A stretch of 63,413 bases of DNA, the filler included, from Octopus bimaculoides (Eukaryota): the NCBI RefSeq assembly GCF_001194135.2. It is 4 parts of 4 records of this genome, joined end to end, with 100 filler letters (N's around TTAATTAATTAA, not from the genome) between each part and the next. Parts side by side here need not be neighbours in the genome. Positions count along the whole stretch, not along the records: positions 41,061 to 60,051 come from NC_068988.1; positions 60,152 to 63,413 come from NW_026425862.1; 2 more parts are not named here. One strand, given 5' to 3'. Made by a program: the position numbers and the translations under genes. Shown piece by piece: positions 52,211 to 63,413 of this stretch (within the stretch, counting starts at the first letter, position 1; each line of letters begins with the position of its first letter). A model generated the notes under the pieces. It was given only the letters and a program-made list of their open reading frames with translations, was not told where the DNA came from and searched no databases.

Positions 52211-53771
52211 TACATGTACACACACATACACACACATATACATACTACATATACATAGAGGTAGAGCGAGAGGGTCATATATACATAGATATACATATAT
52301 ATTTATTTATCTATCTATTTATTTATTTATTAATACAAGAATATAAGGATAAACTCACGTTAATGATTTTTATCAGGTTGTCAGGTGTATATATCACTTG
52401 TTTATTCGTATACTTCGGACTTCAAAATTTTTACTACTAATGCAAGAATATGGAATATCGTTATGATTTACGAACACGTACAAGTATGGGTGAGCTTATA
52501 TTGCCACAAACACAGATTTATAGTATCGTATTAAGCAATTAGCGCCGTGTCGTTTTTTGCCTGCGTTTCAAGGATGGTTTTTAACCGTTTAATGAGAATG
52601 GCTTCTTTGAAAACTATGATTGCCGATATTTCGCTACATGGCTTTGATAGTGACCGGAATGTTATTGATACGACGATTTTTCAGATGTGTTTTTAACTCA
52701 CGAGATGTTAGCTTGATTAATTTATTTTACGCTGATAATTAGATGGCAGACAGTACTTCCGCATGTATGGCACTGTCTGGTAAGAGACCATGTTTTTCCT
52801 TTAAGTTACACATAAGAAATGCTTGCTAATTGCTGTTACTGCCATTGATACTCTTGTTGTTGTCGCCGACGTCGAAGTCATTGTAGTTGTTGTTGTTGTT
52901 GTTGTCTGGTCTGGTATTAATACTTGTTTTCTATTTAGGATTGTNNNNNNNNNNNNNNNNNNNNNNNNNNNNNNNNNNNNNNNNNNNNNNNNNNNNNNNN
53001 NNNNNNNNNNNNNNNNNNNNNNNNNNNNNNNNNNNNNNNNNNNNNNNNNNNNNNNNNNNNNNNNNNNNNNNNNNNNNNNNNNNNNNNNNNNNNNNNNNNN
53101 NNNNNNNNNNNNNNNNNNNNNNNNNNNNNNNNNNNNNNNNNNNNNNNNNNNNNNNNNNNNNNNNNNNNNNNNNNNGGTGGTGGTGGTGGTGGTGGTGGAG
53201 TGGTCCTTTTGCTACTACCACTTCTATTTCTGTTGCTGTTGTTGGTATTCAGCTCGAAATCATCCCTACCAAGTAGAATGAATAGTGAAGTCGTTAGAGG
53301 GTCGAACAGAATGCATTGCGGTTCAGGTAATCAGCACTCCGAATTCAGACTCTACGATGGTCAAATCTGCAGTTCTATAAATAAAATAACAAGCAAAGAT
53401 TGGGGTTGATACTTGTCTAACTTTCCTTGGTTGTCTCAGTGCCTGTTTCTCTCTCCCTCTCTATCTGTCTTTCTCTCTCTCTCTCTGGTTGTCTGTCCGT
53501 CTCTCTCGCTCCTTCTATCTATCTATTTGTTTTCTATCTTTCTACCTATTTCTCTATCTGTCTACTTATTTATTTATATATCATTCAATCTATCTATGTG
53601 TGTGTGTATGATTCACCCACTTTGCACTGTTGTAGAGGTCGTGGAAGAGCACTCGCAACGTCCCTTTATAGAAATGGTGAAGGCTTCAGCGAAGAGTTAA
53701 TAACTTGCTTAAGTAATGATGATGATGATGATGATGATGACGATGATGATGATGATGATGATAACAATAAC

Positions 53772-54321
53772 TGCCCTGATGCAGTTCCAGGCAGAGGCTC
53801 CAGTGGTTTCTGATTTTATCTGATTGGAAGAGTTATCATGAACATGATTTGCTTTGGTATAAAAGATGGGCTGCAGCAAGCTTTCTTCTCAGTACCACAG
53901 ACCTGCTTGTCAGTCGCTTGACCATAACCGATTGAGCATATCTCTTGGTGGCTGACAATATGTGCTACTCTGATAACGAACAGGAGTAAGGTGTAAGCAT
54001 CGGAGCTATGTGTTGAGAGGAATTCTTTGGGGTTTGAATACTTCAGCTTTGAAATCTTGAGTACTTCGTACCACATCCTTAAACAACTCTTATTCAAGAA
54101 ACGTTTGAGCGGCATGGGCTACTCCACCTGAAAAAAATTCTAACAGAGTATCACCTGTAAGATCATGTGCCTGTTTATCTTGATGTATGATCACCATATC
54201 GTGGCCATATGGCTGCCATGTATGTATGTGCCTGGTGTACCGTTATCATACAGGTAGTCATGATAGTTTCGCATATTTGTACCTTAGTGTTACTTTGATG
54301 GCATGCATGGCACTCTCACTC
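53772..54321 (-). mobile_element. Repeat family G, about 550 bp, apparently complete, bounded by trinucleotide tracts
   Basis: Both ends present (RC of gagtgagagtg.. and ..actgcatcagggca); (AAT)n at 54322-54371 and (GAT/AAT)n to the left. Confidence 0.75.
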
Positions 54322-54371
<50 letters not shown>

Positions 54372-54372
<1 letters not shown>

Positions 54373-54545
54373 CCTTTATATTATAGGCACGAGGCATGAA
54401 ATGTTGGGGCAATGATGAACTCAATTACATGGACCCCAGTGTTTATTTCATCGAATCCGAAAGGATGAAAGGTAAAGTCGACCTCAGAATACTTTGAACT
54501 TAGAAAGAAGATATGGACGAAATGCCGTTAAGCCTTTCGTTCGGA
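54372..54545 (-). mobile_element. SINE family A, tail type 2, degenerate
   Basis: aaggatgaaaggtaaagtcgacctc and cctttatattataggcac. Confidence 0.75.
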
Positions 54546-54959
54546 GTGCATGATACTGAATCCGTCTGAAGATGAACCAATGCCTAGTACAGTACGAAAC
54601 GGAAATAAAGAAGCATCAAGTACCACATTATCTGATGGATATTTCCCCTTCTCTTATGAATATGGGGGTTCTTTGAGGGAGAGTTGTCTTATATATCTAG
54701 CAGATCAAGCTACATAGTAAAGATATTGACTTGTACAATAAGTAGTGTCTATATTAATGTGTAATATACAGTTCTGTATATTGATGTGGGCTGTACAGTT
54801 CTTTACATTGAAGTGGTCTATATAGTTAATTTTGAACATAAATGGAATATCACGGAATACGACTGAGAAGATGGATATCACAGTTGAATGTATAGAAACC
54901 ATTATCCTGCTCTGAGAATAATAGAGTTTTATGTATATGTAACAGAGAGGTGGGAGGGA

Positions 54960-56012
54960 GAGAGGGCGTGTGTGTTTGTGTGTCGTGTGTGTTTGTGTGT
55001 CGTGTGTGTTTGTGTGTTGTGTGTGAGAGTCTTCTAGCGTGAGTGGTGTGTGAGTGTATATGTGTCTTGTGTGAATGTCGTGTGTGTATGTCTACGTGTG
55101 TATCTTCTTGTGCGAACACTGTGTTCGTGCGTGCGTGCGTGCGTGCGCGCGTGTGTGTGTGTGTGTGTGTGTGTATGCGTGTGAAAGAGAGAGTGGTTGT
55201 GCGTGCAAGTGTGTTTGTATGTGTGTGTATCTGCTGGCATGAACGTAACCGTTTTGCTGATTGCGGATTGAACGTGTATGTGATTGCAAGTCTGTATATG
55301 TGCATAGAGTACGTTTATGCAGATGTAACAGTGTGGTTTTGTGAGAGTATGTTCGTGTAAGGGTCTGTTTAAATGAATATAGAAAGAGCGTGTGTGTGAT
55401 TGCAAGTGCGCATATGAGAATTGAAGTATGTGCGTGTGTGTGAGAGAGAAATAGAGAGAAAGAGAGAGAGAGAGAGTATGTATGTGTACTTGTATAAGCG
55501 ATATCCTATGCGTAGGTAGATGTGGGTGTTTATACGTGTTTGGATCTGCGTGGCTGCGTGCGTATTGGAGTAGAAGAGTGGGCGTGCAAATTTATGTGTC
55601 TGTGTAGATATATACACATTGATATGTGTCAGTGTTTCTTTGTGACTGTTTGAGTGGGTGCGAGAATGAATGTGTATGTGTGTACGTGTCAGTGATGCGT
55701 GTGTATGCGTACGTGTGTGGTTGCATAAGAGAAGGGGCATGTATGTGTTACGTGCGCGAACGCGAGCGAGCTCGTTTGGGCGATTGGGAATCTTTATTTA
55801 ATTGCAGTTCGGACAAATCAGCCGACGAAATGAGTGTATGTATACATAGACACACATGCATAGACACACATGCATAGACACACATGCATAGACACACACA
55901 AACACACGTAGGCGCGCAAACATATAAACATATAAGCACACACAAACACACACACATGAATACATATATATGTGTGTTTGTGTGTTTGTGTGTATGCCAT
56001 ATATATGTGTGC

Positions 56013-56052
<40 letters not shown>

Positions 56053-56096
56053 GTATATACTGATTTCTATATACAAACATACATATACCATATATA

Positions 56097-56154
<58 letters not shown>

Positions 56155-56496
56155 CATTCACACATATATATATACACATATATAAATGCACCTACATAGG
56201 CATATATACGTATGTGTGTATGTGTATGTATTTATATATATATACACACACGTATATACTGATATCCATATACAAACACACATATACCATATGTATATAT
56301 ATATACATACACACACACATATAGATATATAGATATATAGATATACAAGCAAACATATGCCATATATATGTGTGCGTATATATATATATATATATATGCG
56401 TGTTTGTGTGTGCGTACACATACACATACACACATATATATACACACATGCACACATATATATATACATATATAAATGTACCCACATAGGTATGAG

Positions 56497-56527
<31 letters not shown>

Positions 56528-56700
56528 ACTGATATATATATATATATATATATATGTATTCACATGCATATATACACGTATGTATGTATATATGTATGTG
56601 TGTGTTTGTATAGATTTACATACTCGCATATGCACACACCCACACACTAGCATATACATGAATCATTATATATATACATGTTCAATCACACAAACATAAC
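54960..56700. repeat. Long compound GT/TA/CA low-complexity field with internal block duplications
   Basis: Includes tagacacacatgca x3 near 55855 and recurring tatgccatatatatgtgtgcg and cacgtatatactgat blocks. Confidence 0.9.
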
Positions 56701-57707
56701 ATGCATCCATACGCATGCGCACTAAACCTCCTAAAGAACACTTTAGCCATTCGTATATCAGTATCTCCATCATAACCACATCTTGTCCATTTGTTGGCGC
56801 CATCCGTTAGTTCAATGCCAATTTGGAAGTGTTGAATCCAATAAACAGTACAATTCTTCAAACTTGCTAAAGAATCCAGTGTGTGTCCAACTTGGGAATA
56901 GAGAACGGCAAGAAGAATGTTGATAGCACTAACGAAAGGTGTTTGGTTATGCTAACATATGTTGGCGGTGTCTGTGTTGGTTCTGGTGAGACTCTGGTAT
57001 GTCTGTATGATGACGTGAGCGGTTATCTGTATGTCTTGGTGACTTTAGCTGAATGATGTAGTATACCTCTTTTGCTGATCGGATATTTTGTTGCTGCTGT
57101 GTTGTGGACATATCAGGTTGTTTTAGGAGTCTTAATGTGTGCGTAATGCCTGTGGTTGCTTTACTATGTTGATGTGTGTGTGTATGTATATATATATATA
57201 TATNNNNNNNNNNNNNNNNNNNNNNNNNNNNNNNNNNNNNNNNNNNNNNNNNNNNNNNNNNNNNNNNNNNNNNNNNNNNNNNNNNNNNNNNNNNNNNNNN
57301 NNNNNNNNNNNNNNNNNNNNNNNNNNNNNNNNNNNNNNNNNNNNNNNNNNNNTATATATATGATATATATATGATGGGAGTTTTTTTCTTTGTCCCATGT
57401 CAGCACGGTTCGACCAGACACTATCGAAAGCTTTCCGTTCGTGACAAAGCCGTTGTAGATTACGAAGGTGATTATATATTGACAGCTATCTTGGTATGGT
57501 TAAGTGAGATCTGAGGGAGATTTGGTCGCTATTTCTGCGGGTTCGAAGGCTACTTCATTGAAGGGAAAACATATGTGTATGATGTACTTAATTGCAATCA
57601 GTGTATATATGTATGCATGCGTGCGCGCACGCCTGTGTGTGCGTGAGTGCAAACGTGTAAATGACCGTTTGGTGATGTGTAAGCGTATGGACACATTAAT
57701 ATCAGCG

Positions 57708-57938
57708 GCAAGCTGGCAGAAACGTTAGCACGCCGGGCGAAATGCTTCGCGGTATTTCGTCTGCCGCTACGTTCTGAGTTCAAATTCCGCCGAGGTCGAC
57801 TTTGCCTTTCATCCTTTCGGGGTCGAAATAAATAAGTACCAGTCACGCACTGGGGTCGAAATAATCGACTTAATCCTTTTGTCTGTTTTTGTTTGTCCCC
57901 TCTGTGTGTAGCCCCTTGTGGGTAGTAAAGAAATAACG
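57708..57938 (+). mobile_element. SINE family A, tail type 1, young copy
   Basis: CpGs intact; 14-bp TSD cattaatatcagcg at 57694-57707 and 57939-57952. Confidence 0.9.
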
Positions 57939-58383
57939 CATTAATATCAGCGTGAATATGAAAGATCTGTGATGCAATGTTTCTGTTCTGTAGTATTGTG
58001 GATTTGTGTATGTATATCCTTGTATATGTGCATATAGAAAGAATATGAGAGCGTGTTTGTGTATATGATTGTGCGAAAAGGTCACTGTAGTGACAAGTTA
58101 GTCTTTTATGTAGTTGCAAAAGCGATGAGGGTTCAACCTTTGTAGTAATGTAATTTGGCGACTATCTATCTATCTATCTATCTATGTCTATCTATCTATG
58201 TCTATCTATATGTCTGTAGTTAAACCTCGCTCCCTCTCCCTCCTTCCCTCCCTCTCTCTCTTTATATACATATATTCTTTTATATGTTTCAGCCCTAAAG
58301 CTGTGGTCATACCGGGGCACTCTCTCTCTATCTCTCCCTCTATCTATCTCCCCCCCCTCTCTCTCTCTCTTTATATATATGTA

Positions 58384-58424
<41 letters not shown>

Positions 58425-59842
58425 ATGTATACATAGTATGTATGTATATATATACATATATATATATATANNNNNNNNNNNNNNNNNNNNNNNNNNNNNN
58501 NNNNNNNNNNNNNNNNNNNNNNNNNNNNNNNNNNNNNNNNNNNNNNNNNNNNNNNNNNNNNNNNNNNNNNNNNNNNNNNNNNNNNNNNNNNNNNNNNNNN
58601 NNNNNNNNNNNNNNNNNNNNNNNNNNNNNNNNNNNNNNNNNNNNNNNNNNNATATATAGTATGTGTGTACGTATGTATGTATGCATGTATGTATGTAAAT
58701 AGATATATATATATAATGAAAGAAACTGAGAGAAGGAGAGAGTAAGAGTAATTGTGTTAATATCTGCAATTTGCTGGTACTGCGACGTAGTATTATTGTA
58801 GATGTTATATCTGTGAGTATCTGGACAAGAATGGTAATTCAGTGTAACATGTGCGTCGATCTGTTTCATTGTTGCTGTTTTTTGTTACTCCTGGCTTTCA
58901 GTGATTTGGTCGTGTGCGTGTATGTGTGTACTTTGGATGAATGTTTGCGCCAGCATGTATGTGCTTGTGCATACTGTGCTCTGTCTATTTACGTATGTAT
59001 GTATGTATGTATGTGAGTGTAGCAGGTGACAAGGTGCGCGTTCCTTTCTTGCAAGAGAATCGAATCTAGTTTGAAGGAATTCTGCAGAAATTTCTTGCGA
59101 TCATATAGACACGCGTTGATTATTCTATGATACAGCTATTGTCGTTTAGCTTCAGGTCAATCTGATTGAGCCCACCTATAATCAAAACCACTCTAGGTTT
59201 CAGTACACTGTCTTAGAAATTACATTATCTAATTTGTCCTTTTCTTATTTTTACCCCCGAAATTTTGTCATGATGCCTATCAGTGAATGCTTCTGTTGTT
59301 AATTAGTCCCCTGTCAGCTTTAATCATGCAAACCAAAGATGCAACAAAATGCAGCTGTGAACAAGCCTCGTTATTCCTCTGTGCTTGGCCCCGAGTATTA
59401 TATATCTATTATGTCTACATTACGAAATGGTAGGGTGAAGTTTGAGAACTACTTAGCTGCTATGTCTTAAGTCATGAGATAATATAGACGCCCCTGTTGA
59501 GTGCGGTTATATGAGAGTGTGGCAGTTGTGATGGTATGAGTTCTTGTTGCCCTGTACGTATGTGATTCCATTTGTGTTGATTAACATCTGTGAGTGTTGT
59601 TACATATCGGTGCTTGTTACTGTGTTGTATTGGATGTGTGTTGTGGGGTGTGATGGTGTGTCGCATTGTGCTTTAATGAATGTGATTGTGTTTTGTATTG
59701 GTGTATGTGAAAGTTTGTAGTTCCGTGCGGCTCTATGTCGGTATGATGATGTATGTTAGCTGCACATGTTGTTCTTTGTGTTTGTATGTGAGTGTTTGTG
59801 TGTGTGTATGTGTGTGGTATGTAAGGCGCAGGTGTGACTGTG

Positions 59843-59981
59843 TGGAAGCTTGCTTTCTGACCATATTGGTTCCAAGCTCAGTCCCATTGCGTGGCACCTT
59901 GGCCAAGTATCTTCTACTGCAACCGCGGACCGACTAAAGGCTTGAGTGGATTTGGTACACGGAAACTGAAAGAATCCTGTA

Positions 59982-59985
<4 letters not shown>
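59843..59985 (+). mobile_element. 5' half of a family B SINE
   Basis: gtcccattgcgtggcaccttgg..gtggatttggtacacggaaactgaaagaa. Confidence 0.75.
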
Positions 59986-60051
<66 letters not shown>

Positions 60052-60151
60052 NNNNNNNNNNNNNNNNNNNNNNNNNNNNNNNNNNNNNNNNNNNNTTAAT
60101 TAATTAANNNNNNNNNNNNNNNNNNNNNNNNNNNNNNNNNNNNNNNNNNNN

Positions 60152-60199
<48 letters not shown>

Positions 60200-60596
60200 G
60201 ATAGTAATAATAACAATAATCCTTTCTACAATAGGCACAAGGCCTGCAATTGAAGTTAGGGATTGAGATGGACTCAGTGAATTTGGGTTCAGGGGAGGGG
60301 AAATGAAGGAAGAGAAACAGGAGTGGGTCAGGGAGCAGGAAGCGGTGATAAAGGACAGTAAAGTTTAGGAGGATAAGGGGTATCATCTACAGTCCCTGAA
60401 TGTGTTTATCTCAGAAGCTTGATGGGATGCATGTTAAAAGATGAGTTATGAGGAAAAGTTTTGACAATTTTGTCAAAATGAGGTTTTCTCAAGCACAGCA
60501 TATTGCCATTCATGTTGGCCCCTTGTTATCCCCTCCAAGAAGCTTGGCGTATTCATATACTTATATGTCTGTGTTTGTGTTTTTTTTTTATTACAG

Positions 60597-60722
60597 CTTG
60601 CTTGTATAATGGTAAATATTATCCCCCTGGTATAATCAAGGCTGGAGAGTGTGTGTGCACAGACGAGGGCATAGTGGCCTGTAAAAAGCCTAAACTACCC
60701 ATGGAACCAAAAGTAAGAACAA
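60597..60722 (+). CDS. Internal coding exon, 4-Cys FnI/VWC-like extracellular module 1 (ACLYNGKYYPPGIIKAGECVCTDEGIVACKKPKLPMEPKVRT)
   Basis: Acceptor tttttttattacag|, donor ACAA|gtaagt, 126 nt, phase 1-1, open frame; paralogous to 62401-62529. An alternative donor after 60712 (phase 0) is possible. Confidence 0.8.
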
Positions 60723-60767
60723 GTAAGTAAAATTTTCCAATGAGATTTCTTTCCCCGCAGAATATTC

Positions 60768-60950
60768 TTCTTTTCTACTCTAGGCACAAGCCCCAAAATT
60801 TGATGGGAGCAGCCGATTAGATCAACCCCCAATACACAACTGGTACTTAATTTATCGACCCTGAAAGGAGAAAGGCAAAGTCGACCTCAGCGGAATTTGA
60901 ACTCAGAACACAGCAGCAGACAAACTACCACTAAGTATTTTGCCTAGCAT
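60768..60950 (-). mobile_element. SINE family A, tail type 2, intronic
   Basis: ttctactctaggcacaag..aaaggcaaagtcgacctcagcggaatttgaactcag. Confidence 0.8.
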
Positions 60951-61319
60951 GCTTTACACCCACAGAATACTAAAGCAGAAACTTGTTGAGTTTATTCTGT
61001 TGTGTCTGGGGAGAGTCAATTTCTTATTGTGCCTTGAAATTTAACACACTCACCGTTAAAATTTCCACTTATTTCTTATTTTTATTTTCCTAAAATTTTG
61101 AGTTTATTTCTACAGATTTTCTATAGAATACAGTGTTGACTTAAGCATTGATGTAGTATATTAAAGTTGTATATTAAAGATGATGTAGTATATTAAAGTT
61201 GCATAACGAAATACAGTGTCCCTACATGTCATTAAAGAGTAAATCGTGCATAATTTTAGCTGGTTCTTGCTTACAAAACATTGTAGAATATCTTTATTAC
61301 ACACATGTACATTTGAAAG

Positions 61320-61719
61320 AGTGGAGGCGCAATGGCCCAGTGGTTAGGGCAGCAGACTCGCGGTCATAGGATCGCGGTCATAGGATCGCGGTTTCGATTC
61401 CCAGACCAGGCATTGTGAGTGTTTATTGAGCGAAAAACACCTAAGTCCCACGCGGCTCCGGCAGGGGATGGTGGCGAACCCTGCTGTACTCTTTCACTGC
61501 AACTTTCTCTCACTCTTACTTCCTGTTTCTGTTGTGCCTGTAATTCAAAGGGTCAGCCTTGTCACACTCTGTGTCACGCTGAATATGCCCAAGACCTACG
61601 TTAAGGGTACACATGTCTGTGGAATGCTCAGCCACTTGCACGTTAATTTCACGAGCAGGCTGTTCCATTGATCAGATCAACTGGAACCCTCGACTTTGTA
61701 AGTGACGCAGTGCCAACAC
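61320..61719 (+). mobile_element. SINE family C, full length, intronic
   Basis: 11-bp TSD acatttgaaag at 61309-61319 and 61720-61730; 14-bp slippage duplication tcgcggtcatagga in the head (61358-61385). Confidence 0.9.
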
Positions 61720-62029
61720 ACATTTGAAAGTATGTTGGTGTATCTCAGACAACATGGTTGGAGTATAGTAAGATAACAGGGTATTGCAGTAGGAGAGGTT
61801 ACAAAGGTAAAGGAGGGTGGTGAAATAAAATAGAATAAAATTAAATTAAATAAAATAGCATAAAAAGTAGTTGAGCACAAGCGGGTATCACCATCGTTAT
61901 TATTTAACATCTGTTCTCCATGCTGGCATAGGCTGGAGAGTTAGACAGGAGCTGAGTTTTCCAAAAACATCTTTGTGTATGAGTCAACCTACCTCTTTTA
62001 GCAGTAAATTTTCTGAATAATCTGACTTG

Positions 62030-62329
62030 TATCATTGCCAGTGCGTCTGAACTGGCTCTTGTGCGGGTGGCACATAAAATACACCATTTTGAGTGTGGCT
62101 GTTGCCAGTACCGCCTGACTGGCCTTCGTGCAGGTGACACATAAAAGCACCCACTACACTCTCTGAGTGGTTGGCGTTAGGAAGGGCATCCAGCTGTAGA
62201 AACTCTGCCAAATCAGATTGGAGCCTGGTGTAGCCATCTGGTTTCACCAGTCTTCAGTCAAACCGTCCAACCCATGCTAGCATGGAAAGCGGACGTTAAA
62301 CGACGATGATGATGATGATGATGATGATG
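62030..62329 (+). mobile_element. Retroposon family D with (GAT)n tail
   Basis: Reverse complement of 5406-5699. Confidence 0.85.
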
Positions 62330-62400
62330 TATGCCAGAGAATACAGTATGTCTGTTTACAAGTGCTTGCTTATTTATATGTTTGTATATCTTTATTATAG

Positions 62401-62529
62401 TGTGCGATTTCAATAGGCAAAAAGTGCCAGTTGGACAAATTGAAGGTACTAGCTGTACATGTTATAAAAATAGTTCAGTGATGTGTTGGGGTCCAGCAGA
62501 TTCAACAAAAAGACCATGCTCTCCGACAA
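62401..62529 (+). CDS. Internal coding exon, 4-Cys module 2 plus one extra Cys (VCDFNRQKVPVGQIEGTSCTCYKNSSVMCWGPADSTKRPCSPT)
   Basis: Acceptor tctttattatag|, donor ACAA|gtaagt, 129 nt, phase 1-1; same C-x16-C-x-C-x7-C spacing as module 1. Confidence 0.8.
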
Positions 62530-62639
62530 GTAAGTATCTAATGTATATTTCTCCTTGAAATGACAAAAAGCATTTCTATTCTAGTTGAAGCTGTTCTAAC
62601 CCCTCGCCACCATTCTTTTTTGCTTGCTTCATGCTCTTG

Positions 62640-62860
62640 ATCAATAGGGTTCTGGGTCATCCCAGGTTAGTGGTTCCAGAGATGTCATCATATGTAGAGC
62701 CAACCAGGCTCGCCAGTGCCTTCCACCACTGGCAGTCCCATACCAACCCCTCTACATACTGCAAGGGGATGTCATGCGTCTGGAGATCTTTCCCAATCAT
62801 GTCCGGCCATCCAGTGCCTGAGGTCTTTTCCAGTATACAGCTACCGTCTCAAATGAGAAT
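62640..62860 (-). pseudogene. Possible RTE-like LINE 3' relic
   Basis: RPQALD/WPDMIGKDLQTHDIPLQYVEGLVWDCQWWKALAS resembles GRP..W.D.I..DL...AE..A.DR..WR and the 5263-5400 fragment. Confidence 0.3.
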
Positions 62861-62885
62861 AAAGCCCAAGTAAGATAATCTAGAG

Positions 62886-63140
62886 CAGGGGTTTTCAAAC
62901 TTTTTGTTTTGCGGACCCCTTTATATTTCAGGCTTTACCTTATGAAATTTACACATAAATATTTGCTTAAAATAACATATATTTTTAAATTTATTTATTT
63001 AACAGTATTTAACAAAATAGGTTTATTGTCAATTAAAAGATTTTGATTTAAAAAACATATATAAAATCAAATTGCCCATAAAAAGTATTTGCTGTCCAAG
63101 GACCCCCTGTGGTCCGTGGACCACAGTTTGAAAACCCCTG
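62886..63140. mobile_element. hAT (Charlie-like) MITE, intact
   Basis: Perfect 16-bp TIRs caggggttttcaaact / agtttgaaaacccctg; perfect 8-bp TSD atctagag matching the NTCTAGAN target. Confidence 0.95.
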
Positions 63141-63413
63141 ATCTAGAGGGAGACAGAGGACATGTCCATACCAGTGGGGTGGGGCTGTGGGTTGCTATGT
63201 GCATGCATTTATTTTGTTTTCTTTTGTCAAACCACTTAGTTACAGGAACATACATAAACAAACACTAGTTGTCAAGCAGTGGGGTGAGGTCGGAGACAGA
63301 CACAAACACCACACACACACACAACACACACACAATGATTCCTTCATCTTCACAGATGATTACCATGGTTCCGAGTTCAGTCCCACTGCATGGCACCTTG
63401 GGCAAGTGTCTTC

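Noticed and set aside
1673-59016. ORFs rich in CVCV, IYIY, HTHT, SLSL or poly-I/N
   Set aside because: Translations of dinucleotide and trinucleotide microsatellites.
59287-59430. ORF MLLLLISPLSALIMQTKDATKCSCEQASLFLCAWPR with C-x-C-x7-C, just upstream of the module exons
   Set aside because: Lacks the first Cys and the [YF]N and PxG motifs, and has no phase-1 donor; probably chance, though a decayed module is not excluded.
909-60103. Long ORFs composed mostly of X
   Set aside because: They run through N gaps and carry no coding evidence.
61320-61400. tRNA-like A/B-box heads here and at 17280-17357, 36274, 46335 and 40500-40545
   Set aside because: No complete cloverleaf; most continue into SINE bodies, so they are not called tRNA genes.

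Overview
Eukaryotic, AT-rich, repeat-dense draft-assembly window with many N gaps and three artificial TTAATTAATTAA gap linkers. The tRNA-derived SINE families and the microsatellite load look like a coleoid cephalopod (Octopus-like) genome; this is recognition from memory, not a database result. Almost all supplied ORFs are N-run or microsatellite artefacts. The only well-supported coding signal is two paralogous phase 1-1 exons on the + strand (60597-60722, 62401-62529), each encoding one C-x16-C-x-C-x7-C module (FnI/VWC-subdomain-like) of an unidentified, probably extracellular, modular protein. The rest is intron-like or intergenic DNA containing several SINE families, Dong/R4-type LINE ends next to (TAA)n tracts, Penelope GIY-YIG and Tc1 transposase relics, hAT and foldback MITEs, a degenerate 5S rRNA copy and two minisatellites. 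The most unusual structures are (i) two long near-perfect hairpins joined by a (TA)n tract at 44.6-45.6 kb, (ii) a 259-bp inverted templated copy of a nearby LINE pasted into a SINE at 30.2 kb, and (iii) a 49-bp minisatellite built from p53-type half-sites. No CRISPR array or prokaryote-type system is present.
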